A stretch of DNA of 64,000 nucleotides, taken from Thalia democratica (taxonomy: Eukaryota). Both the position numbers and the translations under genes were made by a program. Location of the stretch: the NCBI GenBank assembly GCA_965202585.1, contig OZ241832.1, positions 58,156,001 to 58,220,000 on the forward strand. Reading direction: 5' to 3'. Positions 24,701 through 36,395 of this stretch are shown here, piece after piece; the stretch's first letter is position 1; each line of letters starts with the position of its first letter. The notes under the pieces are model-generated. The model was not told the DNA's origin and ran no database searches. It worked only from the letters and a program-made list of their open reading frames with translations.

Positions 24701-27361
24701 AAAAAGTGTTTGTGAAACCTTGATATAGATGATTTTTTTTTTCATAGATTGCACCGTTCCTACTTTTAACAATTCCGAAGTTAGACGAGAAAATGAAAAT
24801 GATGCCATTACTGGAAATGTCACTCACGGTACCACAGTAAACTACTATTGTAACAGTGGCTACAGCCCTAAAGAAGTTCAATCGTTTAAATGTGGAGCTG
24901 TCATGCTTGGTTCAATTGACGTATCCGGCATCAATGAATGCAAAAAAGGTAAATTTTCATTAAAATTTTCTAGTTTTTAGGTTTTTTATATACTATCAAA
25001 ACGTGTGTAGATAGAAGAGTAATGTACTTTACAGTAAATATCTACAATCGTTACTGTTATTGTAAAAGGAACGTAAGAATAAGATGCAACTTTGACAGCA
25101 TTGTTATTTTTTTAAGTAGTCCTAAAATATCTTTTAATAAATAAGTCCATGTTTAATGCTTAGTCATTTTAATATACGTCCAGGAACATAATATCAACCA
25201 AAACATTATACTAATCGCTTCTTAACCTATCTGAAACATTAAATTACGTTGATGGGTTTAAAGTTAAAAATAACTTAAATGTTTTGGTAATTTAGATTGA
25301 AGAGTGGCAACCCTGAGTTTTAAAATTACAACTATTTGCTAACTTGTGTGTATTCTTTTACATATCACTTGAATTTGTTCATTCTCTTATACTTTTTTAA
25401 GCAAAATAACTTTCCACATTTTTTTTTAACAATCATCAAAAATTAAGACATTCCATGCCTGCCCATAGCCAACGCGAAAACCAACATAACGATGCAGTAT
25501 TCAGGGGAAGAGTTTGTGCAGGGAGACGAAATAACTTACGAGTGCGAACCAGGATTCCAATCGACTTCTGAAACCGATTCGCTCGAATGCACTTCAGGCG
25601 GATGGTCGGAAGACGTGAGATGTATTAAAAGTGAGTGTTTTAAAACAGATGATATTTTTAGTTACAGAACAGAGTAAATTGGAAGTGTGCGTTTTGAACA
25701 TTGAAAATTTTTACAGCGTGCCCCCCGCTCAAAGCGCCCGATGACAGTAAAGTGGTTCCGCTGCTCAATCGCAAACATCGGTCGGGCGTCCTGTTGCCAG
25801 GCGAAGTCGTCGAAGTCGAGTGCAACGAAGATTTCGTGTTCTTCGACAAGACAGGCGATTACGCGTACGAATGTTTGGACGACGGCACTTGGAACAACAC
25901 CGCAGAAGCAACTTGCATAAAACGTGAGACGTTAAAAATTTTATTGAGCTAACGTTATTTTGTTAGGTTGTTTTTTTTTGCAACCTCATGTGCGGTTTCT
26001 CGACAACAGGATGCTCCGCGCCGCCGGACGCAGACAAGTACGAGGTGGAGAGCGAATACAGCTTTGAGAGTGGCGAGTACTGGCTGAACAGCACCGTCAC
26101 GTACACGTCATGCAACTCCGAACACCACCGGTTGTACCCTGATGACGTCACGAAAGGCGCGAACGTGCTCACGTGCCAAAGGACCGGCGTCTGGCACCCC
26201 GAAACGGCCCCCAACTGCGGGTTGAGTGAGTTTTTTTGAACTAAACTGACTTTTCTGTTCTAAATAAAACTCTTGTCACCTCTGTTTTTGAGGGGCACCA
26301 GCTCAAGCCACTGTTCGATTTCGAAATAACTTTTATTTTTTATTTTTTTTTTGTTTTTAACAGCTTGCGACAACGACCCAGTGGAGTGCCACTTTATTGA
26401 AGAAGGACCACAAAGATATTTAAAAAAAGAGTGTGATGTTGGAGTAGGAAAAGTCGAAGGCAGTGTGGAAAAGTACGGGGATAGGTTGAATGTAAACGTT
26501 GGCGAAAATGGCAATTGGACTTTGCGGAAGAGGGATTTTTACTGCCAGAAGGGGTGGTATTACGAAAATCCGGAAATCAGGACGTACACCTGCAAGACCG
26601 GAAGTCCTTGGGCTCCCTACCCGCTGCCGAGGTGTCTGAAAGGTGGGTGGTTTTAAATTTAACGAAATAATTTTAAGCGCCGATGAAAGCGCTTTGTTAG
26701 CCGGATTTTTTGAATCTGGAAAACTAAGCTCATTCATTTACGGAACGGCTGTTTTGAAAAACAAAAGTAAAAGAGGAGAAATAGTAAAATTATTAAGGCA
26801 CCTGACGCGTTGTGCTTTTTGTGGTTGAAAACAGTTGGCTTGGTAGTGCGTTCGATCGGTTTTAAATTTTAAAGTGGTGTATTTATATAATAAAAAAATG
26901 TTTACTATTAGTTTGATTAAGGTCGATTTGAACTAGCATTTAAAAATATTATGTTAACTTAAACAATTAAAAAAGTAACAACCTTTCCTTCTACACTAAA
27001 AAAAAATAAAGTAAAGTAAAATTTAGCAGAAAAAATACTAACTTTAATTTACTAAATAATAAATATATTTCAAAAACGTATTAACAATAATTACAATAAA
27101 ATTATTATATGGAAATACCTAATTTGAATTTTTTTGAAATTTTCAGTTTGTGATAGTGATCTTCGTAGAATTGCAAACGTTGACGATTTCACTTTTTCAA
27201 ACCATGAAGAAGGCCGGAACTACAGAAACGGAAAGTACCTGTCCGGAACAACAGTCGATTACACTTGCCATGCGGGGTTCGAGCCAATAAATGGGGGTGT
27301 AGCTACTTGCACACCAAGCGGGCTTTGGAATCCGCCTATTAGTTGCAGTGTGCCGCGATGA
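9621..27361 (+). CDS. Giant multi-Sushi (CCP/SCR) domain protein, 43 exons, ~2747 aa, 42 CCP modules, N-terminal signal peptide or type II anchor
   Basis: Exons: 9621-9774 (MEKCLKSFHLAILVLLSISVIIISLW..., ends phase 1, GTAAGT), 10482-10655, 11715-11906, 12371-12556, 33 x 189-nt exons from 12964-13152 to 23863-24051, 24748-24948, 25448-25630, 25717-25923, 26010-26225, 26364-26642, 27147-27361 (TGA). Every internal exon is AG/GT-flanked, phase 1-1 and a multiple of 3. Each has the C-x-x-P...C...(G)Y/F...C...(W)...C CCP pattern (e.g. YKCEPGY...CNNDGTW...PKC; YTCHAGF...CTPSGLWNPPISC). Summed CDS is 8244 nt. Confidence 0.92.
9896..10201. mobile_element. MITE-like element with ~68-bp terminal inverted repeats in Sushi gene intron 1
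   Basis: 9896-9964 (AACCACAAGCTTTCAGTAGACTCAGAC...AAAACTCGTCAGTCAGTTGCAACC) is the reverse complement of 10133-10201 (GGTTGCGACTGACTGACGAGTTTT...GTCTGAGTCTACCGAAGGCTTGTGGTT) with few mismatches. No TSD was resolved. Confidence 0.75.
12964..24051 (+). repeat. Tandem array of 33 exon-intron units (period 339-341 bp), each encoding one 63-aa CCP module
   Basis: Direct: recurring unit TTT(A)CAG|ACTGTACCGTTCCTCC...AAAG|GT(A/T)CAT plus a 150-152-nt intron, also visible as the ladder of near-identical ORFs in the ORF track. Consensus peptide DCTVPPVSYAEAKLENGSVASNFVTKGTKVNYLCESDYSPKTAQQVVCGIDGVLNVSDVSC(S/Y)K. Confidence 0.98.
24497..24722 (+). mobile_element. hAT-type MITE (226 bp) in the intron just 3' of the Sushi array
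   Basis: 8-bp TSD ATATAGAT at 24489-24496 and 24723-24730. Imperfect TIRs CAGGGTCTC / CAAGGTTTC. Internal motif GAAACTTACA..AGATATTCT.G.GTTGATGATGAAGAGC is shared with copies at ~50950 and ~56860. Confidence 0.8.
24748..27361 (+). CDS. Sushi gene 3' unique region: six divergent CCP exons ending at stop codon; no C-terminal TM or GPI signal
   Basis: Exons 24748-24948 (diverged paralogue of the array module), 25448-25630, 25717-25923, 26010-26225, 26364-26642 (93 aa, 6 Cys), 27147-27361. Confidence 0.88.
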
Positions 27362-29124
27362 TAATGCACACTTTCCATTTTTGTTTCAACTTTTTCAAAT
27401 GCGTTCTATTTGTTTGTTCGTGTTTGAACAAGCAGTTTGTAGTTTACTCGCTTGTTGTTTTATTTTGTTTCTTCGATTAAAGTGTTATGATTTCTTGTTT
27501 TTAAGTTTTTTTTAATTAATTTCATATATGTTAATTTTTGTTTTACTGAAACATTTATGTGCCTTAACAAAATATAAATGAAATACCACGCGAAATTATT
27601 TTAAATAAAACAATATTATTTTGTTGATAAAGTAAATGAAAAAAAGTTGTAATGTTTTTTGTTTAAGATGTAAAAATCACTTTTACACAGCTGACTGTTA
27701 TTACACAGCAACAGGGACGTACTAGCTCAAAAAAGTTACGAATCTGCAAAAATTAAAACATATGAAATAACACGTCCTAGCGGGAACACAGGAATTTAAA
27801 CTAACTCTAATGTTATTGAATTTAATCTGAAAATATGCACTTATGTTAATACATCAAAAATGGAATGTTGAAGTACGAGTGATAACTGTATACAAGGCAT
27901 TTCATTTTGCTCCACACCCCCTATGACTCTTTATGTCACGCCACTTGTTTAAACCCAGTAAATATTCATTAAGAATAAGTATAAATTATCACAATTTAAC
28001 TCAAAAGCATTCATATTCTTTTCAAAATCAAAATTTAACGTAGTCAATAGTAACAACAAGTTATGCAAATTTTTATAACATAAAATTGTATGATTTTGAT
28101 TTTTGAAGCTACAGCTTCCATTAGAAGCCTTTTGACAAACTAAAGCTTTAATGCGCTAAATGATACAAAAGTTTGTATTAAATCTGTATTTAATTGGTTT
28201 AATTTTACGACACTAAAAATGCTGAAGAGTGTCATGCATAACTAAGCATAAATAAATACTAAAAGGTAAAGCTAAGAAAGCAGAGTCTTTTAAAGTTGAA
28301 ATAAAAGCAATAATTGTCACACATAAGAATACGTTTCTGTAGATATGCAGAAACGTACCAAGCTACGTCCCTGCACAGCAATATTTTATTTGCCAAAAAT
28401 TTAAAGCGTTTATAAGTTTGGTCACATTTACTGTGGACTGGCAATTGATTGAAATGTAACGAGATCGATTATCGATTATATTTAACTTTAATTCATTTAC
28501 GAAGTTAAACTCACTTCTTAACCACGTAGATTATAATTAGTTATACACAACACAAAATGTTTATTAAATAATAAATTCTGTTAGAGTCATTGATGTAAAT
28601 AATCTTTATTGAATCTAAAAAATAATGTACTAATAAGGTTTCAGCTTTAAGAGAAGTCGGAACGCTACCGTAAGTTGAACCAGACCCATGTTAGTATAAT
28701 CTAGTAAGCTTATACCCCGTTTGGTATAGAATAACCTCTACCGGAACAAAAAATTTAAACTGATGAAAATTTAAAACTGAACTAAGCATTACAACAAGTT
28801 TTGTTTACTAGTTCAAAACAATTGAATTAATTTTTCATTTTTTGTAAAGTGCTTATGCTAAATCAGTAAGTATTGCCTCAGAAAAAATAAATAAAAGTTT
28901 TAAACTAACCGACTAGTAGGGTTAAAGTGGTATTTGGTAACTAAAAAACAATTAGAAAATTAAAAAATTGAAAATGTTTTGAAAACTCATAAAATTTAAA
29001 CATTTAAAATGTTTTAACATCGCATTATTCAAACTTAGGTCATAAAATAACTACAGTTAAACCACTAAATATTTTTTTAACTACGTTGAAAACAGAGTAA
29101 CTGAATAAATTGACAAAAACAAAA

Positions 29125-29198
29125 TCCATCGGGAATCGAACCCAGGTCGGTCGCTCAGAAGACTGCTTTCATCAAAAACCCCTCCATTGAGCTCATTG
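29125..29198 (-). repeat. tRNA-derived SINE head or tRNA pseudogene
   Basis: Minus strand has an A-box-like AGCTCAATGG and a T-arm/B-box CTGGGTTCGATTCCCG at tRNA-like spacing. The acceptor and anticodon stems do not pair well. Confidence 0.55.
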
Positions 29199-30159
29199 AC
29201 GATATTGTTCATAAATAAATTGTTTATTTATTTTTAATCATTTTAGAGATCTATTTTCTCTTATATATACTTTTATTTATGTTAATAATTTTTTTTTGTG
29301 TAAGCAAGTTTAATGAATTTTTTTGTGCAAGCAAACGAAAATATTACTCGAAGTTATTAGATAATTTGATAAACAATAACTTGCTAATTTTAAAAGTTAA
29401 AGCTTTAATATTTATCAAGTTTGAAAACAAGTTTGTGTCATATTGTCATTTGTTTTAGGTTCATTCGAACTTAATTATCTTTAAGTATTAAACTCTATGT
29501 TTCTGAACAGAATACAATTGTTAGGGTTGCCAAAAGTTTTTTGAAAATTTTTAGGTGTTTTAAAGTACAACTTCTTTGTAAAGTTAAGTATAAAATTAAA
29601 ACTAAAGTAAAACACTGTGTAAACATGATAGAATATTTAAAAGGTACTATAAATATTTTTATGCTTCTTTGAATGTTTTTTTAAGATAAAAAAAACTATA
29701 AATAACTAAAAGTAGTTATTCCATATGATAAATTTTTCGTATATAATATTAGACTTCTAAGTATTTATATCTTAACTTAAAAACTTCATCACTTTATAGT
29801 TAGGTACTTTTCAAAATACAATATAAAATGAGACTTTAGAATAGACATTATTTGTTTTTCTATTAGTTTTATTTTAAGTGCGTAATAAGAACTATTTCTA
29901 ACACAATTTTATCTAAAGAGTGTGAATGTGTTGTATATAAACACTAAGAGAAATAGCCTACTTAAACTTGTTAATTTTATAGATACAAAAAAACTACCAT
30001 GCTTAAAAAAGTAAAAACAAAGGTTTTGTTTTAAACCCACTGTTATTGCTTGAAGTGCTTTCAAATGCTCCGCCAGCAAGCAAGTAGATTAATATCTCAA
30101 GCAATTAACAGAAACTATTAACTAAATGCTAACGAAGCATTTAAAGTACTTCAAGCAAT

Positions 30160-30620
30160 AATAATAATTTTTAAAAGAAAAGGTTGGTCCAAATGGTGAA
30201 CTATAAAACGACTGAATAGTACATACTTTACTTAGAAAGACATATGACCGATCCAGGATGCAAACTATCCCCTGCACAGATCCTTTTGGGACGAAATTCA
30301 AACGACTCATTACCTTACGTCAGAAAGAATGTTATGACTTACAATAACCCGCAGATCTCAAAAAATTTGCGTGACACATGAACCTCTTAGGTCTCGTTAT
30401 GTTAAGTCACTTGAATATTTAATTGAGCACACAAAGTCATTGCCAAGACTGAATTGCGGTGACCATGTCACGGTACAAAACCATGCAGGTCCTTTTCCTA
30501 ACTATTGGTAGAAAATTGAAGTAGTTGTGAATTTATAAAACTTTTATCAATATGTTGTTAAGGTTGATGAATCAATTCGCTTAACTTTTCTAAATCTTAG
30601 CTTCTAAGAAAATAAAACCC
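30160..30620 (+). pseudogene. Decayed LTR-retrotransposon (Gypsy-like) pol 3' fragment, integrase C-terminal region
   Basis: Frame-broken translation: GPNGEL..; DPGCKLSPAQILLGRNSNDSLPY; EHTKSLPRLNCGDHVTVQNHAGPFPNYW*K; YVVKVDESIRLTFLN. This matches the recalled SPAQxLFGR / L.PL..GD.V.VQN...P.KW / Y.VKVDGS.RLT.RNR pattern of invertebrate Ty3/Gypsy integrase tails. Multiple stops and frameshifts. Confidence 0.72.
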
Positions 30621-31597
30621 TCTTTAATGCAGTTTTGTTGTTTCTTATTTAAGGAAAGCACTGCAAAAGTTTGTCTTTCCTGGTAACAATGGAAAAAATA
30701 TTTCCAGGAAAGTGATGATGTTCCGTGTTCACTAAACGCAATAATTAACATGGAAATATATGTAGCAAGATTTGCAACGCGAAACCTGCTACCTTCTTCT
30801 CAACTGAGGACTCAAATTTTATGGGTGCACGTCAATCCTCTCATAAGCAAATATTTTAGGTATTGTCTCATTCGGGTACTTATAGTGAAGTTGGGTTTTC
30901 TGAATGAGATTTTGTTGGCAATAGAGTGTCACCAGAGAATGAGCTGCGTCTTTCTGATCGTGTAAGAACCCAGAGAAGGATTTACGATGCCATAATTTGC
31001 ACCCATAAACGTGATTAAATTGTTTTACTCCACTATTATTTTTTATCGATTAGACTATTTAAGCTAATTTTCATGTTTAGTTACTAAGATCACCAAGCTA
31101 AATGTAAGTGTTGTTTAAATTTTTTTATATAGTATTTTAAATGTGTATTTCTTTTTAAAGTAAATTGTGTTTAAAATTTGCAAAGCCAATAATTAACTAA
31201 GTTGATTGTAAAATTTCAGTATTTTTACTAAGCTTTTTTTTGTTGACTTTTAGAACTAAAAACTGTATTTAAGTTTACAACTTATATTTAAATAGTTTTA
31301 TTAATAAAATAATAAAAAGAAAAATAAAAGGTATAACTTTATTTTCTAGGTAAAAGTATTGTTTTATATCATTTGTAGGTAAAACCTAGGGACATGTAAA
31401 TTGTATAAGTTTTTACCTAGCTTAATTGTATATTTATGTTTATAGCTAAACTCATCATAATTATTTTAATTTAAGATTTGACCATTCTTACAGTTTATTC
31501 GTTAAAAAAACTTACTTTAGAAAGATATTTATTTAAATATTTTACTTTTAAAAATAAAACAACAAAATTTAACTTAACTGATTTCTTTTCTCTACAG

Positions 31598-34211
31598 CAG
31601 GGGCGTAGCGTGGGGAGGGACGCTGGCGCATGCGTTCCACCTAAAAAAAAAGAAGTAAAAAAAATGCAATATCTTTATTCTTTTATTGTTTATTTTTTCT
31701 GCTTAATTTGCTTTTTTTTAACTATGTTTTTTAGTATTTGAAAAGTGAAAGGAAATTTCGAATAACAATTAGTGACAAGTTAGGGAAATTACCCAGTATT
31801 TTGATTCGGTGCGTAATTGCAAATGCGCACCGATGTTGATGAAAAACTCCATAAGGAAACATTTTATAATTTCATAAACTTCATAAGAATTTAGACTCAA
31901 ACAGTACGCAACTAGTTAGTGCACCGCAGTAGTATAACCTTATGACAGATTTTTTTACTAGGACAAATGCTAACATATTGTTAACAAGCCATGAAGCTAA
32001 ACCTGTTTTATAGTGATAATGATTCAAGAATAAACAAATTGTAGTAAAAATAGCAATAAACAACTGCTAATAAATAAAAATAAATTGATAATAAGAATAA
32101 AAAATAGTAACAACATAGTTTAAAAGAAATAACAAACAACAGAAAAAAATAAAATAATAAATTAAAAAAAATAATAAACAAACAGTTCATACTGTGATTA
32201 CAGTTTTAATCTTACTATACAAAAAGTATTGTTTAAATTATTTAAACTTAAAATTTTTATTAAAAGTAGTTTCTTTTTTTATTAAGATAAGACACAAATC
32301 AAACTTTGTTATTCTATCAGCCATAAAGTTTAAAAATTAAACAATTTTTGTAGCAATTTATTTTAAAATTTCTGTAGTCACATCATGAAATAATTTATAG
32401 CAACTTGTAAAAAAAAATTTTTACAACCAATTTTTAGTCTAAAAGACATAACAGATTAATTTTGAATTTAAATTTATTTAGTTTTAAATCAAGTTTTAAA
32501 TGGTTACTAAAAAAAATTCTTTCTACCAACTGTTTGTAGTATTTAAAAAATGCTATTCCCTAAAGATCTTAGAAAAACTGATTTTAAGATAATGAAAAGT
32601 TATATTTCTTGTGATTTTTTAAAAGCATTTAAAAAGTTGACCTTAAAAAATTTATCTTTTAAACATTTTGTTTTGTATCAAAAACATTTAGTAAAATCTT
32701 TCCACACACTCAGGATAACTCAGGATTTTATGAAGTTTTGGAAAACTTTAGTATGTCAAAGTGAAAATCAGGATAACTCAGAATGTTTTAAGTATTTTTA
32801 AGCTCAGGCTGACTAAGGATAGATTTGTTTCTTTTTAACTCAGGGTAGATTTAGTGGTTTTAAAAGCTTTGTTAAATTGCCTAGTTTCTAGAAGTTTGAA
32901 AACAATAAAAAGTTTCTTTAAAAGAATTAAATATGCTTATGATGACACATGGCATAAAAAACTAACTCAGGACAGTTATTTTGACTCAAAGAGTGGCAAG
33001 GCAATCCTGACATCTTCAAAACTAATTGTTTTTTGTTTTTTTTGTATAATATGTTTTATTATACTAAAAAAAAGTAAACACTTGTTTTTATTAATTTTTA
33101 GTATATTGTTTAAAAAAATATGCAAACAGATATTGTATGGAATGTTGCAAGTCTAAAAATATGTCAGATAGTAAAATTATCTGAAGTTCAAATGCTTGAA
33201 TTGAAAAATAGCAGACCAACATCAGATATTGCTATTACTCAAGACTGCAGTTCAAGTGGTATGAAATTTTTAATTTTAATTTTGTTTATATTATAAATTT
33301 TCTTCATTTGTTAAGATTTATTTTTACAGTTTTATATTGTAATATAGGTAAAAATGTAGAAGTTAAAAAAAAACTAGAGCTTTAGATTTCTTCTACAAAA
33401 AATAAAAAAAAATAAAACTTTCAATTTTAATACTGAAGATTTAACATTTTTATATTTAAGATTAAAGTATGAGCTATTTTGAGTTTAATACAATTCTTTT
33501 TCGCTGATATAAAATAGATATTGAACATTATTTAGAAATTGCACAGAGAAAAATGTTTTGAGGTATTAATTGTTATACTTAGTTGACTATTTATTTGTAG
33601 TTTAAGGCAATAGGGGGGAGGGTGGGGGTCAAGCCATGTTTTTTAGAAATTGATCTTATTTTATAGATTTGTTTTAAAGCTTCAAGATGCTTTTGTTGTT
33701 TTAAAAAATTCTAACTATTTTTTGAGATATGACCAGTCAAAGTCGGGCCGCATAATAGGTTCCCTATGGGAAGGGAAAACTAAAACAGAAAAAAAAGGCT
33801 AGTTTGTTTAAAATCTATCTCCTAATACATTTTTCAAGCAATCTTCTTCAAACTTAAACAGTTTAATTTTTATACAATAAAAAAAAAACATTACTTGTGA
33901 ATTAAAAAATTTGTAGTAAAATTTTTTTTTTTTTGAAAAAATAAAGACTATTTTTTTTTTTTTATTAAACTTTTATTTATTTTAATTATCTAAATTCATA
34001 AGTAAATTTTTTTCTTGTAATGTAAGGAAAATTTTCTAAAACTTGAAGAAGATTACTTGGAAAATTAAGCAGGAGATAGATTTTTAGTAGTTTTTTAAAT
34101 TTCCGAGAAAATTGACCCCGAAAAATTTGCGGCCTAAAAGTTTTAATTTAGGGGATTTTTTTAAGAAAAAATTTGCGCACCCCCTGACAAAAATACCACG
34201 CTACGCCACTG
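31598..34211. mobile_element. Non-autonomous hAT-superfamily DNA transposon (2614 bp)
   Basis: Left end CAGGGGCGTAGCGTGG; right end reverse-complements to CAGTGGCGTAGCGTGG. Perfect 8-bp TSD CTCTACAG at 31590-31597 and 34212-34219. An 8-bp TSD with CAG-starting TIRs is diagnostic of hAT. Internal short repeats AGGATAACTCAG at ~32710-32975. No intact transposase ORF. Confidence 0.93.
33119..33258 (+). pseudogene. Possible remnant of the hAT transposase N-terminal exon
   Basis: Reads MQTDIVWNVASLKICQIVKLSEVQMLELKNSRPTSDIAITQDCSSSG then a GTATGA donor. It resembles, from memory, the N-terminus of ZMYM1/Tip100-like transposases. No catalytic region follows. Confidence 0.35.
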
Positions 34212-36395
34212 CTCTACAGTATTTTTTTAACACTATAACAACTTAAATTTTTTGTTTTATGTATTCTTGAAACACTGAATTCGAAGTAAAACTAATTAAT
34301 GCTTAACATTGTTTATTATAATTCTTGTGTCCAGAGTGTACATAACGTATTAGTTAAAATTTCAGAAAAATGTTTAATACTGCTGAACAAAGCTGTCTCT
34401 TATTAAGAACTCTGACATATTAAAATTACGGTCATTTTTTTTTTAGTTTAACAGTTAGACAACAAAATAACGACTTTGTATGATTATGCACTATGCTAGT
34501 TTTACATCATTGTTAGGCTTCCAACTGAAACGCTGCTTACGCTTAAGCACAAAATTTTAAGTCAACCTAGTTTGTACTTTATAATATTCTGAGTCGGTTT
34601 TGTTGAAGTTTTTGAGCTTGATTCATTTCAAAAAACATTTAAAGGTTTGTACTTTAGTTTAGCCGAAACAATAACTAGTTGGGAAAAAATATAATTACAT
34701 TATGAAACTTAACTACACAAGTCTGTTGAAAATAATTAATATTAAAGAAAAATTCTACTTTTGAATAAAAGTCTGTAAACCTAAAAATCGAAGATCGTGC
34801 AAAATTGGAATTTTTCTGAAAAATTTATTTAGGCTATGAAAAAAAAGAATTTAGAAAAAAAAAAGTTAATTACAAGTTTAAACTTAGTTTAATAAGTATG
34901 TTAAAAAAGAAAATAAATAAATATTATTTTTGAAGAAAAATTTGTAAAATTAAGAATATAGAAGAAAAACTCAAAATTTTTAAAGGGTCCCCACTACAAA
35001 AGTCAAACCCCAATTCGATGGAGCTTATTGTGAAAAGCAAAGAAACAGAACGTTCTTTGAATTAAAAAAAGTTCCAAGATAGCATTAAAAAGTTTGAAAA
35101 TAATTGGTTTTTAAGTTTGGTTAAAAAAAAATTTACAAAAAAAGCCAGCCAAGCCAAGTTTACTTGATTGCTGCTTGTAAGTTGTTTTTATAAATTTGTT
35201 TCTTGGTTTTATAACAGTTTTTTTTAGTGTTTTGTCTCTTTTATAAGTCGTTTTGTTAAGCTAGTTTTTTTTGATTGTTGAGTTTTAAATTCTATTGTAA
35301 ATTTGTTTTAGAATATTTAAACTACTTTTTTATTTAGTTTGCAATTAAATATTTTTTTTATTTATTTATATTAAACCCTTCAGTGTATATGATAGTAACT
35401 TAAACTAAAATGTACTCGACAGATTTGTTAACGCTATCAAGTTTAAATAATTAGGTTTTTTGTGACCAAAAGTTTAGATGCAAAAATAGTAGTTTAAAGT
35501 ATCAAAATAATTAACATATGTACGTTTAAAAAACAAAAAAACTTTTAAGTATATAAAACAAAACCGCTGTATGTGATGATTAATTATTAATGTTTAAACC
35601 CAAAAAGGTTTCTTAAAGTACTGAAGAATTTCTTTTAACAAATCTTTAAAAACCGATGGTTTTAAAATCTTAGATCAAATAACATTCTACTGCTAAACTG
35701 CGCTGTTATTTAAATAACAACATGTAAAAGTTTTCATTTCCAAATATAAAAACAAGTAAAACCTGAGTTACAATAAAAATTTCTATAAAGTATGCTTACA
35801 GCGAATTTTTATTTGTTAATATTTTAACAGTTTGATGTTTCTAATTAGTTTTATCCGCTGAACGTCGCCGTTGTTTCAAACATTCGACATGCTCAATAAT
35901 TCATAGGAAAGAAAATAAGGGAGCAGCTAAAAAAGAACTATTTTCAAAGTCAGATTCTAATCTTAAGCAGAAAAATTAGTTGAAATATTTTTTTTTCAAG
36001 AGTAAAAAGTTTAGTTAAGTTATAAAGTATATCTAGACTACAACTTAACCAAGCTGAAATAAAAAAATGCCTATTGTTTTTTTTATTACTAGCTAGCTTT
36101 AGTTTTTTTGTTTCAGATGAGTAAAGCTAAATAAAATAAATTTCTAGACAAAGGTAACTTTCAATATTTTCAAATATAGGGTTTTGAAAATAAATAAAAA
36201 ATATTAAATTTGAGATTGTTAACTAAATACTTTTTGCATCATCAACGGACTAAATATTTTTTTATTTAGTAAAAGAAACCTTTATGATTTCTTCAACTTG
36301 TATTAAATGAAAAATATTATTCAGGTTTCAATGTACTTTAAGTTAATGACTGACACCAAATTTATTTATAAATAATATTTTATTTAAACGACAAT

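Noticed and set aside
27714-27948. Possible hAT MITE after the Sushi gene (CAGGGACGT...CACGCCACTTG)
   Set aside because: The TIRs are poor and there is no matching TSD.
29125-29198. Functional tRNA gene
   Set aside because: Only the A/B boxes and T-arm are recognisable. The acceptor and anticodon stems do not pair.
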